DNA of 64,000 nucleotides from an uncultured Veillonellaceae bacterium (GCA_963805085.1 CAWDTA010000002.1:1760001-1824000), one strand, 5' to 3'. Positions 1-10,631 are shown, counted from the stretch's first letter. A program made the numbers and translations. The notes: a model not told the origin generated them from the sequence alone.

Positions 1-1092
1 TTGCGATAAGCAACTCGAACCGTAGTCATTTTGCATTTTAATGTCCGCTAATTTCTCTATGACTGGTTCAGGCCCTACAATCCAACCAATCCGAAGGCCT
101 GGACTAACAGTTTTTGATAAACTATCAATATAAATCACGCTACCATTGGTATCGAGTGCTTTTAATGGTGGTGGAGGCGGTGTATCTAACCAAAGGTCAC
201 GATAAACGTCATCTTCGAGAATTGGCAGACGTGAAGTTTGACAGGCACTCAGTAAATCTAGGCGACGCTGCTCGCCCATCAAAGCCCCCGTTGGATTGTG
301 AAAAGTTGGTATCGTATAAAGTAAAGAATGTTGCTTCTGTTTTTGTCGATAGATAAAAGAATCTATTTGAATGCCTTCGTGATCAATTGGCAGTTCCGAA
401 AAGTTCAAGTTCATGGCTTGAAATAACTTTAGCGACATGAGATAGGATGGCTTTTCTAGCAAGATATTTGCACCTTTGGGAAGTAGTCCAAAGCAGATCA
501 GTTGTAAGGCTTGCAGAGCACCAGAAACAATCATAATTGAGGCGGGCGAAGCAAAAATACCGATTTTTTCAAGCTGTTTACTGATTTGTTGACGCAGATA
601 AAGCAATCCTTTCGGTTCTTCATAGCCAAAGGATTGTATTTTATCAGGCAGACCTTCTAGTATGGTTTTTAATTGTGTGTCTGGAATTAGGTGGGGTGAA
701 ATTTCACCTGTGCCTAGACGAATGAAACTCTCATCAAATTCTAAACGGTTGATTTCTTGGATGAATTGCAAGTTTGGTAGGTAAAAGCCAGACTTTACAT
801 AGTCATTCCAATCTATTTTATTTGCCGTCGTCAATAGCGACCAGGTATTGTTGGCGACCCAGATGCCGCTGCCGGTTTTGCTCTCAAGTAGTCCTTCGGC
901 AATCAGTTCGTCGAGGGCAATTCGAATTGTACTGCGGTTTACTTGCAATTTTATCGCGAGTTCGCGTTGGGGAGGTAATTGACTATGAATCGGCCATTGC
1001 CCAGTGTGAATTTTAGTTTTGATATATTCAAAGATTTGTTTATATAAGGGGAGTTTAGCTTTTTTATTTGGTAACCAGTCAATCGTTAACAT
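1..1092 (-). CDS. MocR/GabR-family regulator (GntR HTH + PLP aminotransferase domain), runs off window start
   Basis: Not in the ORF track. Manual minus-strand translation from ATG 1092 (RBS GGAGGTG): MLTIDWLPNKKAKLPLYKQIFEYIKTKIHTGQWPIHSQLPPQRELAIKLQVNRSTI, a GntR wHTH. Divergent from a LysE exporter. Confidence 0.88.
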   Translation of the reverse strand, partial: MLTIDWLPNKKAKLPLYKQIFEYIKTKIHTGQWPIHSQLPPQRELAIKLQVNRSTIRIALDELIAEGLLESKTGSGIWVANNTWSLLTTANKIDWNDYVKSGFYLPNLQFIQEINRLEFDESFIRLGTGEISPHLIPDTQLKTILEGLPDKIQSFGYEEPKGLLYLRQQISKQLEKIGIFASPASIMIVSGALQALQLICFGLLPKGANILLEKPSYLMSLKLFQAMNLNFSELPIDHEGIQIDSFIYRQKQKQHSLLYTIPTFHNPTGALMGEQRRLDLLSACQTSRLPILEDDVYRDLWLDTPPPPPLKALDTNGSVIYIDSLSKTVSPGLRIGWIVGPEPVIEKLADIKMQNDYGSSCLSQ

Positions 1093-1216
1093 GCCGTCAC
1101 CTCCGTATCTTTTCTCCATTATAGCAAATTGGTTGGTATGAAAACAAACCAATTGGGCGGAGACATCAAGGAAAAATGTTTTTATAATAGAGAAAACAGA
1201 TGAGGTGGTAGGGGTT

Positions 1217-1834
1217 ATGACAGCATTTTTACATGGATTATGTTTAGCAATCGGATTGATTTTGCCTTTAGGTATACAGAATTTATTTATTTTTCAGCAA
1301 GGAGTACTGCAACCGCGCTTTTACTCGGTATTGCCAGCGGTGATTACAGCTTCACTTTGTGATACCGTATTGATTTTAGCTGCAGTTAGTGGTGTCTCGC
1401 TACTTTTATTCAAATTTATGATGATGAAAGTTATTATGATCGGCGGTGGCGTTATCATTTTATTTTATATGGGATATTTGACTTGGCACAGCAGGGTAGA
1501 TATTAGTTCATTAAATGCAATGCAAGCTTTGTCTCGAAAAAAGCAAATTATGTTTTCGATGTCGGTATCGTTTTTAAATCCAAGTGCGGTACTCGATATT
1601 ATTGGGGTAATTGGAACGAGTTCAGCGCAATATGCAAATCAGGAAAAAATGTTTTTTATGTTGGCTTGTATTTCGGTATCATGGTTATGGTTTTTTGGTT
1701 TAGCGATCGTTGGCAGATTTTTAGGTGAATATAAAGATATAGATCGGTTGATGTTTGTTATCAATAAAGTATCAGCAGTATTTATTTGGAGCACAGCAAT
1801 TTATCTCATGTTTAGTTTAAAAGAAATGTTCTAA
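1217..1834 (+). CDS. LysE/ArgO family amino-acid exporter
   Basis: GLILPLGIQNLFIFQQG and SFLNP motifs, hydrophobic protein. Confidence 0.9.
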   Translation: MTAFLHGLCLAIGLILPLGIQNLFIFQQGVLQPRFYSVLPAVITASLCDTVLILAAVSGVSLLLFKFMMMKVIMIGGGVIILFYMGYLTWHSRVDISSLNAMQALSRKKQIMFSMSVSFLNPSAVLDIIGVIGTSSAQYANQEKMFFMLACISVSWLWFFGLAIVGRFLGEYKDIDRLMFVINKVSAVFIWSTAIYLMFSLKEMF

Positions 1835-1877
1835 ATGGTATACCCTATACATAAAATGTATAGTTGGTAGTTTTATA

Positions 1878-2028
1878 CAGACTGTCGACAAAATAAAAAT
1901 ATTTATATTAATAAATAGAAACAATCTAAATTCGTACCACTTATAAACTAGTACGAAGATAGGTTGCCGGTTGGCGAGAAGTACTCGCCTGCCTGCGGCC
2001 TATCTGTCCATAGTATGTTTACAATCAG
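1878..2028 (+). mobile_element. Repeat family A (MITE-like), copy with central core deleted
   Basis: Starts cagactgtcgacaaa and matches 49619-49858 at both ends but lacks the central palindrome. Confidence 0.8.
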
Positions 2029-2049
2029 AGTTTTATAGGAGGGCATTTT

Positions 2050-2628
2050 ATGTATAAGGCGAAAGATTATAGTTATTTATTTGGTATGCATGGGTTTAGT
2101 CATAGGTTATTAAAAACTCATATAACCTTGTATCAAGGTTATGTGAAGAACACGAATAAGCTGATCGCAGAACTTAATAATATGGAGGATCAAAGTAGTA
2201 ACTGCTTTGCTGAACTGAAAAGAAGATTTGGTTGGGAATTTTCTGGTATGCGGTTACATGAGTATTATTTTGAAAATTTGGGTTGTCATGAGCTCGAAAA
2301 AGAGCATAATCAATTTTTCGAGTGGTTATGTAATACGTTTGGTAGTTTTGATAAATGGTGTGATGATTTTTATAAAACAGGACTGATGCGCGGAATTGGT
2401 TGGGTGATTTTATGTCGTGATAATCATACGGGGCGATTATTTAATTGCTGGATCGGTGAACATGACAAAGGCTTTTTGGCAGGGTGTCAACCTCTGCTGG
2501 TGATGGATGTATGGGAACATGCGTATTTGTGCGATTACGGTCTGGATAGGAAAAGCTATATTGAAACCTTTTTTAATAATATCAATTGGACCACTGTAAT
2601 GGAACGTTTTCAACATATGGGAATATAA
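2050..2628 (+). CDS. Fe/Mn superoxide dismutase (short ChrC-like type)
   Basis: H...LYQGYV, LHEYYF and DVWEHAY metal-ligand motifs. Confidence 0.9.
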   Translation: MYKAKDYSYLFGMHGFSHRLLKTHITLYQGYVKNTNKLIAELNNMEDQSSNCFAELKRRFGWEFSGMRLHEYYFENLGCHELEKEHNQFFEWLCNTFGSFDKWCDDFYKTGLMRGIGWVILCRDNHTGRLFNCWIGEHDKGFLAGCQPLLVMDVWEHAYLCDYGLDRKSYIETFFNNINWTTVMERFQHMGI

Positions 2629-2892
2629 ATTTGAAATCAACGATATTGAACAAATCAACGATTCTAGGGATCATCCTTAGGGTCGTTTTTATTTTTGCGA
2701 TTAATTTTACTTAAAAGAAAAAGTCTGTGTCAAATAATTTGTGTTAATACTTTTAAAAATTTTTTACTGAGAAATTTATTTACTTAGCAAGTTTTTGAGC
2801 TATAATGGAATGAACACAATATCTTATTTCTAGTACTTTAGTATCAACCTTTGTAATTTACATAATCTTTTTAAGTGAAAGGGGTCTTACCA

Positions 2893-4566
2893 GTGAAAGT
2901 TAAAACAAAAATAGTATCAGGCTATGTGGTAATATCAGTTTTTATCATGATTATAACCGCAATGTCCTTATATGGATTGAAGCAAGTCAGGGCAGATTAT
3001 GATGATATTATCGATTCTTCCGATACTACGGTCATGCTTCTGCGTGAAATCCAATATTACTTTACGGGACAAGCCAATGATGAGCGTGGTTTTTTGCTGA
3101 CAGGCAGTCCTGAATATAAGAGTGAAATTCAAGACAAATCCGATAAAATCAAAAAAGATATTGAGAAATTAAAACCCTTAATGGATTTACCTCAAGAAAA
3201 AGAAGCATTAGCTAAGCTTGATGAAACTCACACGAAATTCACTAGTACTAATTTTAAGGTGATTGAGCTTTATACCCAAGGAAAAAGCAAAGAAGCGCAG
3301 GAACTTTCCTTTAGTGAGGGGCGGAAACTTCGTAAAGATATAGATACTAGCTTTGATGGATTTATTAAAATACAGGAAGAAGAAGCGAGAACGAGTAGAA
3401 GTGATGCCGATGCTTATTCTAATCGTATCAAATTCATTGTGATCATAACCTCAACGTTGATGGTGATTTTAGGAATTGTATTTGGGGTGATTCTTTCGCA
3501 TCGTATTGTAATGCCAATTCATAAAATTACCGAAGATATGAAGAGTGGTAACTTGAATTTTGCTGAGCTGGTAACGAGTAACGATGAAATAGGAATGCTT
3601 ACTAAAGAGTTTGGCAATATGGTTAGAAAGCTTCATGATATGGTGATGAGTATCAAAACGACAGCCGATCAGGTTGCAGCATTATCACAACAATTGACCG
3701 AGAGTGCTGACCAGTCCGCGCAGGCAGCGAATCAAGTAGCGGTGATCGTTACCGATGTTGCAAATGGGGCTGAAAAGCAGCTTGCTTCTGTTGATAATAC
3801 GAGATCTACGGTGAATGAAATGAATACTAGTATGCAGCAAATCGCCGGGAAAATTAATCAGGTATCAGATAGTTCCAAGCGAACGGCAAAAGCTGCTGAT
3901 GATGGCGTGAGTATCGTAGAAACATCGATAAACCAGATGAGTTATATTGATAAGGCGGTAAGCACTTCTTCGAGGGTTGTACTCAAGTTGGGCGAACGTT
4001 CTAGGGAAATTGGACAAATTGTTGATACGATTTCTGGGATTGCTGGCCAGACCAATCTACTTGCTCTCAATGCGGCTATTGAGGCTGCCAGAGCAGGCGA
4101 ACAAGGAAAGGGTTTTTCTGTTGTAGCCGATGAAGTGAGAAAATTAGCAGAGCAATCGCAGCTTGCGGCAAAACAAATCGCTGAGCTGATTGGTGCGATT
4201 CAGTCGGAAACGAATGAAGCGGTCAATGCTATGAATGAAGGAACTCAAGAAGTTCAAGCAGGAACTGAAATAGTTACCGCTGCTGGACAGTCGTTTAAAG
4301 AAATTGTAACACTTGTAAATGACGTTTCTCATCAAGTAAGTGAAATCTCATCAACCATACAGCAATTGTCTGATGGCAGTCAAAAAATTGTTGCATCCGT
4401 TGAGCAAGTGGAAGCCGTAACTAAGGGGACAGTGGAGCAAACACAAACTGTTTCTGCTGCTACAGAGGAACAATCTGCTTCAATGGAAGAAATAGCGGCT
4501 TCCAGTCAAAACCTAGCAAATATGGCAGATCAACTTAAAGAGATTATTCGTGGCTTTAAAATTTGA
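2893..4566 (+). CDS. Methyl-accepting chemotaxis protein (4HB/CHASE3-like sensor, HAMP)
   Basis: Two TM segments; [38 protein letters not shown] signalling hairpin. Confidence 0.96.
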   Translation: MKVKTKIVSGYVVISVFIMIITAMSLYGLKQVRADYDDIIDSSDTTVMLLREIQYYFTGQANDERGFLLTGSPEYKSEIQDKSDKIKKDIEKLKPLMDLPQEKEALAKLDETHTKFTSTNFKVIELYTQGKSKEAQELSFSEGRKLRKDIDTSFDGFIKIQEEEARTSRSDADAYSNRIKFIVIITSTLMVILGIVFGVILSHRIVMPIHKITEDMKSGNLNFAELVTSNDEIGMLTKEFGNMVRKLHDMVMSIKTTADQVAALSQQLTESADQSAQAANQVAVIVTDVANGAEKQLASVDNTRSTVNEMNTSMQQIAGKINQVSDSSKRTAKAADDGVSIVETSINQMSYIDKAVSTSSRVVLKLGERSREIGQIVDTISGIAGQTNLLALNAAIEAARAGEQGKGFSVVADEVRKLAEQSQLAAKQIAELIGAIQSETNEAVNAMNEGTQEVQAGTEIVTAAGQSFKEIVTLVNDVSHQVSEISSTIQQLSDGSQKIVASVEQVEAVTKGTVEQTQTVSAATEEQSASMEEIAASSQNLANMADQLKEIIRGFKI

Positions 4567-4662
4567 TATATAAGTAATAAACCCTCAACAGGCTAGCCTT
4601 GTTGGGGGGCTTTTGACAATAGCAATGCAATTTGCTATAATATTTTAGGTAATTAATCATGT

Positions 4663-4739
4663 GCGTCTATAGCTCAGGTGGATAGAGCAGTAGTTTCCTA
4701 AACTGCGTGCCGCTGGTTCGAATCCAGCTAGGCGCACCA
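4663..4739 (+). tRNA. tRNA-Arg(CCT)
   Basis: Cloverleaf, anticodon arm gtagt-ttCCTaa-actgc, GGTTCGAATCC, 3' CCA; TTGACA/TATAAT promoter upstream. Confidence 0.95.
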
Positions 4740-4832
4740 TTTTAAAACAAAAACAAGCCTTCTGAGAAAATGCATCAGGGGGCTTTTTGCTATTACATAA
4801 GAAATTTCAGGCACTAGAAATGAGGAAAGAAT

Positions 4833-5348
4833 ATGAATACTTCAACTGATAATCAGAAAAAATTGATGGTGCGTGGCGCTTTACTACTAGCGATGGCGAT
4901 ATGCTTCCAAGGAATACGTTTGATCATTCCTTTACCGCCAATGGTAGGAATGTTTCTGATTGGTAGTTTGGTTAATATGACACTCATCGTAGCTGTAAAG
5001 TATGCGGGAATGATGCCAGCGCTATTAATGAGTTGTTTATTGCCGATCATTGCTTTTTTTCAAGGGCAATTGGCGATTCCGATAGTAGTGCCAGTAGTTG
5101 CTCTTGGCAATATCGTGCTAGTTTTATGTTGTCAGCTATTTTGGCATAAAAAATTGTTATGGCTAACGCCTTTATTTAAAACAGCAGTTCTCTATGTAGG
5201 AACATTTCTCATTTTAAAATGTTTTGTGATTCCCGTATCAGTGGCAACGATGATACTGTTCATTATGAGCTGGCCGCAGGTCATTACGGCGATAATTGGT
5301 TTAATTCTCGCACGGCAATTGATCAAAAAACTGTCTCTGGGCGACTAA
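4833..5348 (+). CDS. ECF transporter S-component
   Basis: 171-aa multi-TM protein with A-L-L-L-A-M-A start, GSLVN and SWPQ motifs typical of S components. Confidence 0.75.
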   Translation: MNTSTDNQKKLMVRGALLLAMAICFQGIRLIIPLPPMVGMFLIGSLVNMTLIVAVKYAGMMPALLMSCLLPIIAFFQGQLAIPIVVPVVALGNIVLVLCCQLFWHKKLLWLTPLFKTAVLYVGTFLILKCFVIPVSVATMILFIMSWPQVITAIIGLILARQLIKKLSLGD

Positions 5349-5379
5349 AAAGCAACGAAATGCCACAGTTAGAACATAG

Positions 5380-5425
5380 AAAAATGCCTGCAAATTTCAA
5401 ACGATGAAATTTGCAGGCATTTTTC
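5380..5425. terminator. Bidirectional intrinsic terminator
   Basis: aaaatgcctgcaaatttca...tgaaatttgcaggcattttt between convergent genes. Confidence 0.8.
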
Positions 5426-5435
5426 TATGTTTAGA

Positions 5436-6359
5436 TTAGTCTTTCAGGTCGGTATAATAAGGTGCAAGAGAAAGTTTATCCTTGTTTTTAAATACATCTA
5501 TCACAAACTGTTGAAACTTTTTAGCCGCAGGGGAGAGAGTCTTATTCGTATTCCATGCCATGCCGAGTGGTCTAGTACATGTTGGATAGCCGACTGGAAT
5601 AAAGACGATATTTAGGTGTTCTAAGCCTGGAATATGAGGAATGAGTGCGACACCAAGGTTTGCATCAACCAGTCCGGCAACCGTCATGATCTCATCACCT
5701 TCGAATGTGATCTTGGGACGAATCGAAGCGGTTTCGAAGAATTGATCAGCTAATAGGCGCAGTCCGTACATTGGTTTAAACGTAATAAATGGTTCATGGG
5801 AGATTTCAGATAAATTAATGCTCTTACGTTTTGCTAGATGATGTTTCGTAGGAACGACAACAAATAGTTCTTCGGCACAAAGGGAGAACCATCCTAATGT
5901 TTCGGTTGTCATTAGCGTAGAACAAAGACAAAGATCGATTTCACCATCAATTAATTCATTGGTGAGCAAAGCAGAGTTATTTTGGTAGAGACTAAATTTT
6001 ATCTTAGGATATTGTTTTCTAAATTTACTCAAAAGCACGGGAACAAGATAACTGCCAAGGGAATGAAGAAAGGATAAATTAACAACGCCTTGATCTGGTT
6101 CCGATAAATTGGCGATTGCCTGTTTCCCATTTGATATTTCTTGCAAAGCACGTTCTACATGAACGAGAAAAGTTTGTCCATATTGAGTCAGTTTAATACT
6201 CTTTCCCACGCGATCAAATAATGGTACACCCAATTCACTTTCTAATTTGGCAATGGAACGGCTAAGGGCAGGTTGAGATACAGCAATGCTTTGAGCCGCT
6301 TGGGTAAAATGATTAATATGTGCGAGTGTTTTGAAATATTCTAGCTGATTTAATTCCAT
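5436..6359 (-). CDS. LysR-family transcriptional regulator
   Basis: N-terminal HTH (FTQAAQSIAVSQPALSRSIAKLESELGVPLFDR) plus substrate-binding domain. Confidence 0.95.
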   Translation of the reverse strand: MELNQLEYFKTLAHINHFTQAAQSIAVSQPALSRSIAKLESELGVPLFDRVGKSIKLTQYGQTFLVHVERALQEISNGKQAIANLSEPDQGVVNLSFLHSLGSYLVPVLLSKFRKQYPKIKFSLYQNNSALLTNELIDGEIDLCLCSTLMTTETLGWFSLCAEELFVVVPTKHHLAKRKSINLSEISHEPFITFKPMYGLRLLADQFFETASIRPKITFEGDEIMTVAGLVDANLGVALIPHIPGLEHLNIVFIPVGYPTCTRPLGMAWNTNKTLSPAAKKFQQFVIDVFKNKDKLSLAPYYTDLKD

Positions 6360-6876
6360 GTCATATCACTCCTTAGGTAGTGTCTATCATAACATACTTA
6401 AAAATAAATATCGTTAATTGTACTTGCAAAATATATGTAAATTAATTATGAATATCATAACTTACGGGTATAAGTAAATTGCTATATTTATATAATAGCT
6501 TAGTTTGCTTAGCTTTGGTAGCTATTTGATAAAATTAGTATGCACAAGACACATACTAATCATAATGATATTACATGATTGTTTTAGTAATAACCAAATA
6601 TATCAATGGATAATTTGTGAAATGCTATTGTATATATAATGAAGAATTTGATTCAAGGACTATATTTAAAATCAACAGTGAATGAATTTGAATCATAACA
6701 AATCTCTAGATCAGATGAGAATCTCGTGCGAGTGGAAGAACCTACATGACTTTTTTTTAGTGCTTATTACCTATATACAATAGGTAATTTAATTTATTTT
6801 TTTTCGAAAAACTATTAAGTTCTAAACTGAAAGCAACGATAATATATATAACAAGGATGTTAATTTTGTATCTAGG

Positions 6877-7089
6877 ATGGTGATTGAAATGATTGAAAGA
6901 ATCAGTGGAATCTCGAGAACACCTCGAATTAGTAGCTATACTAATAATAATCAGTCGTTTGGCGAAAATGGTAAAAAGAAAGAAGACGTTAGTTTTAAAA
7001 CAATTTTAGAAACTAAAATCAGTGAGAAATCAACAACGACTACGCCTGGCGCGTATAAACTTGATTTGAAAAGTTTAACCTATTTATAA
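6877..7089 (+). CDS. Small hypothetical protein, possibly sigma-28 dependent
   Basis: 70-aa ORF; upstream TAAG-N15-AACGATAA at 6816-6842. Confidence 0.65.
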   Translation: MVIEMIERISGISRTPRISSYTNNNQSFGENGKKKEDVSFKTILETKISEKSTTTTPGAYKLDLKSLTYL

Positions 7090-7177
7090 TGTAGCTCAAG
7101 TGTATTGTTTCGTGATGCTATTTATTGTATAATACGGCAAGATGATGATCAAATTTAGTTTGCGGTGTGGTGATAGA

Positions 7178-7672
7178 ATGATAGATGATGAAAAGTACAT
7201 GAAAGTAGCCCTGGTTGAAGCACAGAAAGCCTTTGATTTAGGTGAAGTGCCAATTGGGGCTATTTTAGTTTTTGAGGATGAAGTAATCGCTGTAGGGCAT
7301 AATATGCGTGAGACGTGGAACGATGCGACAGCCCATGCAGAGATGGTTGTGATAAAAAAAGCTTGTGAAAAGTTAGGTCGTTGGCGACTTAGTGGAGCAA
7401 CGCTTTATGTAACGGTTGAGCCATGTCCAATGTGTGCAGGGGCTTTGGTGATGAGCCGAATCGATCGTGTGGTTTATGGAACAACCGACTATAAGGCTGG
7501 TGCGATTGAATCCGTGTTTAATATTGTAGGGCATCAAGCTCTCAATCATCAGCTAGAAGTAACGGCTGGAGTAATGGCAGATGAATGCCGATTGATTATG
7601 CAAGATTTTTTTCGTGAGCGACGCAAAACGAAAAAGCAGCTTAAAAAGTTATCATTGCCAGCTCAAGAATAA
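7178..7672 (+). CDS. tadA: tRNA adenosine(34) deaminase
   Basis: EVPIGA, AHAE, TVEPCPMCAGA motifs. Confidence 0.95.
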   Translation: MIDDEKYMKVALVEAQKAFDLGEVPIGAILVFEDEVIAVGHNMRETWNDATAHAEMVVIKKACEKLGRWRLSGATLYVTVEPCPMCAGALVMSRIDRVVYGTTDYKAGAIESVFNIVGHQALNHQLEVTAGVMADECRLIMQDFFRERRKTKKQLKKLSLPAQE

Positions 7673-8157
7673 ATGGCTTGCCGCCAATGGTCAACGAGCA
7701 TCGGCAAACGCCATCGCGCATTAGCAGGGCTTGTTGATGGCATAGTAAGATATTTGATGCGATCAGATTGCATCATTTTAAAGTGCCTTTTATAAGAAGC
7801 AAATGCTTTACCACCATTGAGACAGATGGTATCAATTTGTGGATAGGCTTTTAATAAAGAAACAAGATCATTGGGAATTTCATGGAGAATTGCCGAATCA
7901 AGACTGCCTTCGCGTTCACAAGATTCAATCACATCCCAAAGTGCGAAGTGATGTTCGAGTAGCATAGCACGTTTATCTGCATAGTCATTAGGTAGAGTTT
8001 CTTCACCACATAATGCTGAAAGCACTCGCCAAAATCGATTTTGCGGATGGGCATAATATTGCTGCACTTCTAGCGATTGGACACCCGGCATAGAGCCTAA
8101 GATTAAAATTTTTGAATTTTGATCGATGATTGGGTCAAAAGATTTGCAAAAACTCAT
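7663..8157 (-). CDS. DNA-deoxyinosine (hypoxanthine) glycosylase, UDG superfamily family 6
   Basis: ILILGSMPGVQSL, YYAHPQNRFW, GSLDS, PSTSPANA motifs. Confidence 0.88.
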   Translation of the reverse strand: MSFCKSFDPIIDQNSKILILGSMPGVQSLEVQQYYAHPQNRFWRVLSALCGEETLPNDYADKRAMLLEHHFALWDVIESCEREGSLDSAILHEIPNDLVSLLKAYPQIDTICLNGGKAFASYKRHFKMMQSDRIKYLTMPSTSPANARWRLPMLVDHWRQAIYS

Positions 8158-8265
8158 GATAACAACGCTCTTTTCTCTAGCTTTTCTATATAGTATAACA
8201 TTTTTACAAAAAAATGATGTTTACTTTAGGGGAAAGTATGATATAATACTTATTGTTCTTAGTAT

Positions 8266-8353
8266 GGAGAGGTGTCCGAGTGGTCGAAGGTGATTGACTC
8301 GAAATCAATTGTACCGCAAGGTACCGAGGGTTCGAATCCCTCCCTCTCTGCCA
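8266..8353 (+). tRNA. tRNA-Ser(CGA)
   Basis: Long variable arm, anticodon arm attga-ctCGAaa-tcaat, 3' CCA. Confidence 0.95.
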
Positions 8354-8354
8354 G

Positions 8355-8405
8355 TAGTAAATTCAAGGCTTCGCGTGGTTTGACGTGGGGCCTTTTTTAT
8401 TTGCG
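8355..8405 (+). repeat. 51-bp direct repeat, copy 1 (contains tRNA terminator)
   Basis: Identical to 10569-10619: tagtaaattcaaggcttcgcgtggtttgacgtggggccttttttatttgcg. Confidence 0.92.
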
Positions 8406-8557
8406 TAAAAATTTAACTTGTTTTTAAAATAAACTAAATTATTTTGATTGTTTCATTATGATTTTGATTAATTTTTTAAATAAACAAAAAATAAACTAAA
8501 TTTTACTTATAAATTTAGTTTATTTAGAATATAATATAAATATAAGGAGGGCTGAAG

Positions 8558-9988
8558 ATGCTTGAACGTGATTTATTAGAGTTAGTAGAAAAAATACAAA
8601 ACTACCAAACAGAATTTTACGATATTGAGGTAAAAGAAGCGCATGAAGGATGTCCTAAAAAATTATACGATACTATATCTGCTTTTTCTAATCAAAACGG
8701 TGGAGGAATATTAATATTTGGGCTAAAGGAATCTGCTAATTTTGAGGTGGTTGGTGTATATGATCCTGCTGATTTACAAAAAAAGATGACTGAACAATGT
8801 AAGCAGATGTCGCCTATTGTAAGACCAGTTTTTACTTTTTGCAAAAGTGATGACAAAATCATTATGGCAGCTGAAATTCCAGAAATTGATGTTGCCGACA
8901 AACCATGCTTCTATACAGGAAAAGGTCGTCTAACAGGTTCGTATATACGAGTTGGAGATTCTGATGAGCAAATGACGGAATATGAAGTCTATAGTTATGA
9001 TGCCTTTAGAAATAAATATCAAGATGATATTCGTTTAACTGAAAAAGTACCATTTTCAATGCTAGATAAAAATAAATTGGATGCTTATGTTATAGGATTA
9101 AAAAATAAAAAAAATAGATTAGCTACAATAAACAATAACGAAATTTATGAGCTGATGGGAGTGACTAAAAGTAATATTCCAACTTTAGCGGGAACAATGA
9201 TGTTTTGTAAATATCCACAAGGTTATTTTCCACAATTTTGTATTACTGCTGTTGTTGTTCCAGGATATGAAATTGGTGAAGTTGGTAATATGGGAGAACG
9301 TTTTATAGATAATAAAAGGATTGATGGAACAATTCCAGAAATATTAGAAGAAGCGGTACGGTTTGTTTATAAAAATATTGCAATTAAAACAATTATTGAT
9401 AAGGAAACTGGTCAAAGGCAAGATAAAGCAGAATATCCAATGGAGGCAGTTAGAGAAATTATATTAAATGCGTTAATTCATCGTGATTATAGCATTCATA
9501 CCGAAGGTATACCAATACAAATTCTCCTATTTAAAAATAGGTTAGAAGTTAAAAGTCCAGGCGGATTATACGGAAGATTTAGAATTGATCAGATAGGTAA
9601 GGCACAGCCTGATACAAGGAATCCTGTAATTGCTATAATGATGGAAGATATGTCACTTACTGAAAATCGTTATTCGGGAATACCGACAATTCGAAGAAGT
9701 ATGAAGCAGTTTGGTCTAAAAGAGCCTGTATTTGATGATGTTAGGAATTGTTTTTTTGTAACCTTATATAATGAGCCAGTTAATGCGACTAAAAGCGAAG
9801 CGGCAGGAGATTTGGTTGCATTTTGCAAGGTTCCAAGAAATAGGACTGAAATTGCTGAATATTTAGGTTTGAAAACCAATTACCATGCTATGCAAAAATA
9901 TATTTTACCTTTAATTGAAAAAGGTAAATTGAAGTATACAATACCAGATAAGCCAAAGAGTAAAAATCAAAAGTTTGTTTCTGAATAA
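8558..9988 (+). CDS. AlbA_2 (Schlafen-like) + HATPase_c_4 + C-terminal wHTH protein
   Basis: IEVKEA...TISAFSNQNGGGILIFG; AVREIILNALIHRDY; SPGGL; RNPVIA; C-terminal IPDKPKSKNQ. Confidence 0.88.
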   Translation: MLERDLLELVEKIQNYQTEFYDIEVKEAHEGCPKKLYDTISAFSNQNGGGILIFGLKESANFEVVGVYDPADLQKKMTEQCKQMSPIVRPVFTFCKSDDKIIMAAEIPEIDVADKPCFYTGKGRLTGSYIRVGDSDEQMTEYEVYSYDAFRNKYQDDIRLTEKVPFSMLDKNKLDAYVIGLKNKKNRLATINNNEIYELMGVTKSNIPTLAGTMMFCKYPQGYFPQFCITAVVVPGYEIGEVGNMGERFIDNKRIDGTIPEILEEAVRFVYKNIAIKTIIDKETGQRQDKAEYPMEAVREIILNALIHRDYSIHTEGIPIQILLFKNRLEVKSPGGLYGRFRIDQIGKAQPDTRNPVIAIMMEDMSLTENRYSGIPTIRRSMKQFGLKEPVFDDVRNCFFVTLYNEPVNATKSEAAGDLVAFCKVPRNRTEIAEYLGLKTNYHAMQKYILPLIEKGKLKYTIPDKPKSKNQKFVSE

Positions 9989-10045
9989 TAGAGATGAAGA
10001 TGGTATAATTGTAATAGATAAGATAGTTAGAAGCGGAAGAGGTGA

Positions 10046-10553
10046 GTGGAAATTCAGAAAATGGAAGGGGATAAACCGCCGTTTGAAGTAACAGATCATA
10101 TGATACAACTGGTTTCTGAGATTAGTGAATGTGTTGGAAATATAAATACGACATATCATTTGCAATCAAACCCGAAATTGCGTCGTGAAAATCGAATCAA
10201 AACGATACAGGCGTCACTAGCGATTTTATGCGGCATTCGGTGCAGCAGATCGCAAAGTTGATTCTACCGAATTCATAGAATTTATGTTGCAAATTATGTT
10301 GGATGCTTTAACGGAAATCATTGAAAGTAACAAATCTGCCGACCAAGTCAAAATGATACTGAACTGTTTTGGTAGTGATAGAGAACTTTCGGCAATGGAG
10401 TTAATGAACCGACTTCATTTGTCGCATCGAGCGACATTTCGGAAGAACTATCTCAATCCTGCGATTGAGTGTGGCGCGGTGGAATTGACGATTCCTGATA
10501 AACCGACCAGCAGTAAACAGAGATACAGGAAAGTAATAGAGTGGGATGATTAA
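10046..10553 (+). pseudogene. Fic-family protein with internal deletion and frameshift
   Basis: Fic N-terminus (KPPFEVT...LRRENRIKTIQASLAI) joined out of frame to the C-terminus (DSTEFIEFML...IPDKPTSSKQRY); catalytic HPFxDGNGR region is absent. Confidence 0.82.
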
Positions 10554-10568
10554 CTATGGTGGTACAAT

Positions 10569-10619
10569 TAGTAAATTCAAGGCTTCGCGTGGTTTGACGT
10601 GGGGCCTTTTTTATTTGCG
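10569..10619 (+). repeat. 51-bp direct repeat, copy 2
   Basis: Identical to 8355-8405. Confidence 0.92.
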
Positions 10620-10631
10620 CTTTTTGCAAAA

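Noticed and set aside
114-1016. Plus-strand ORFs 114-356 and 774-1016
   Set aside because: Shadows of the minus-strand MocR-family gene.
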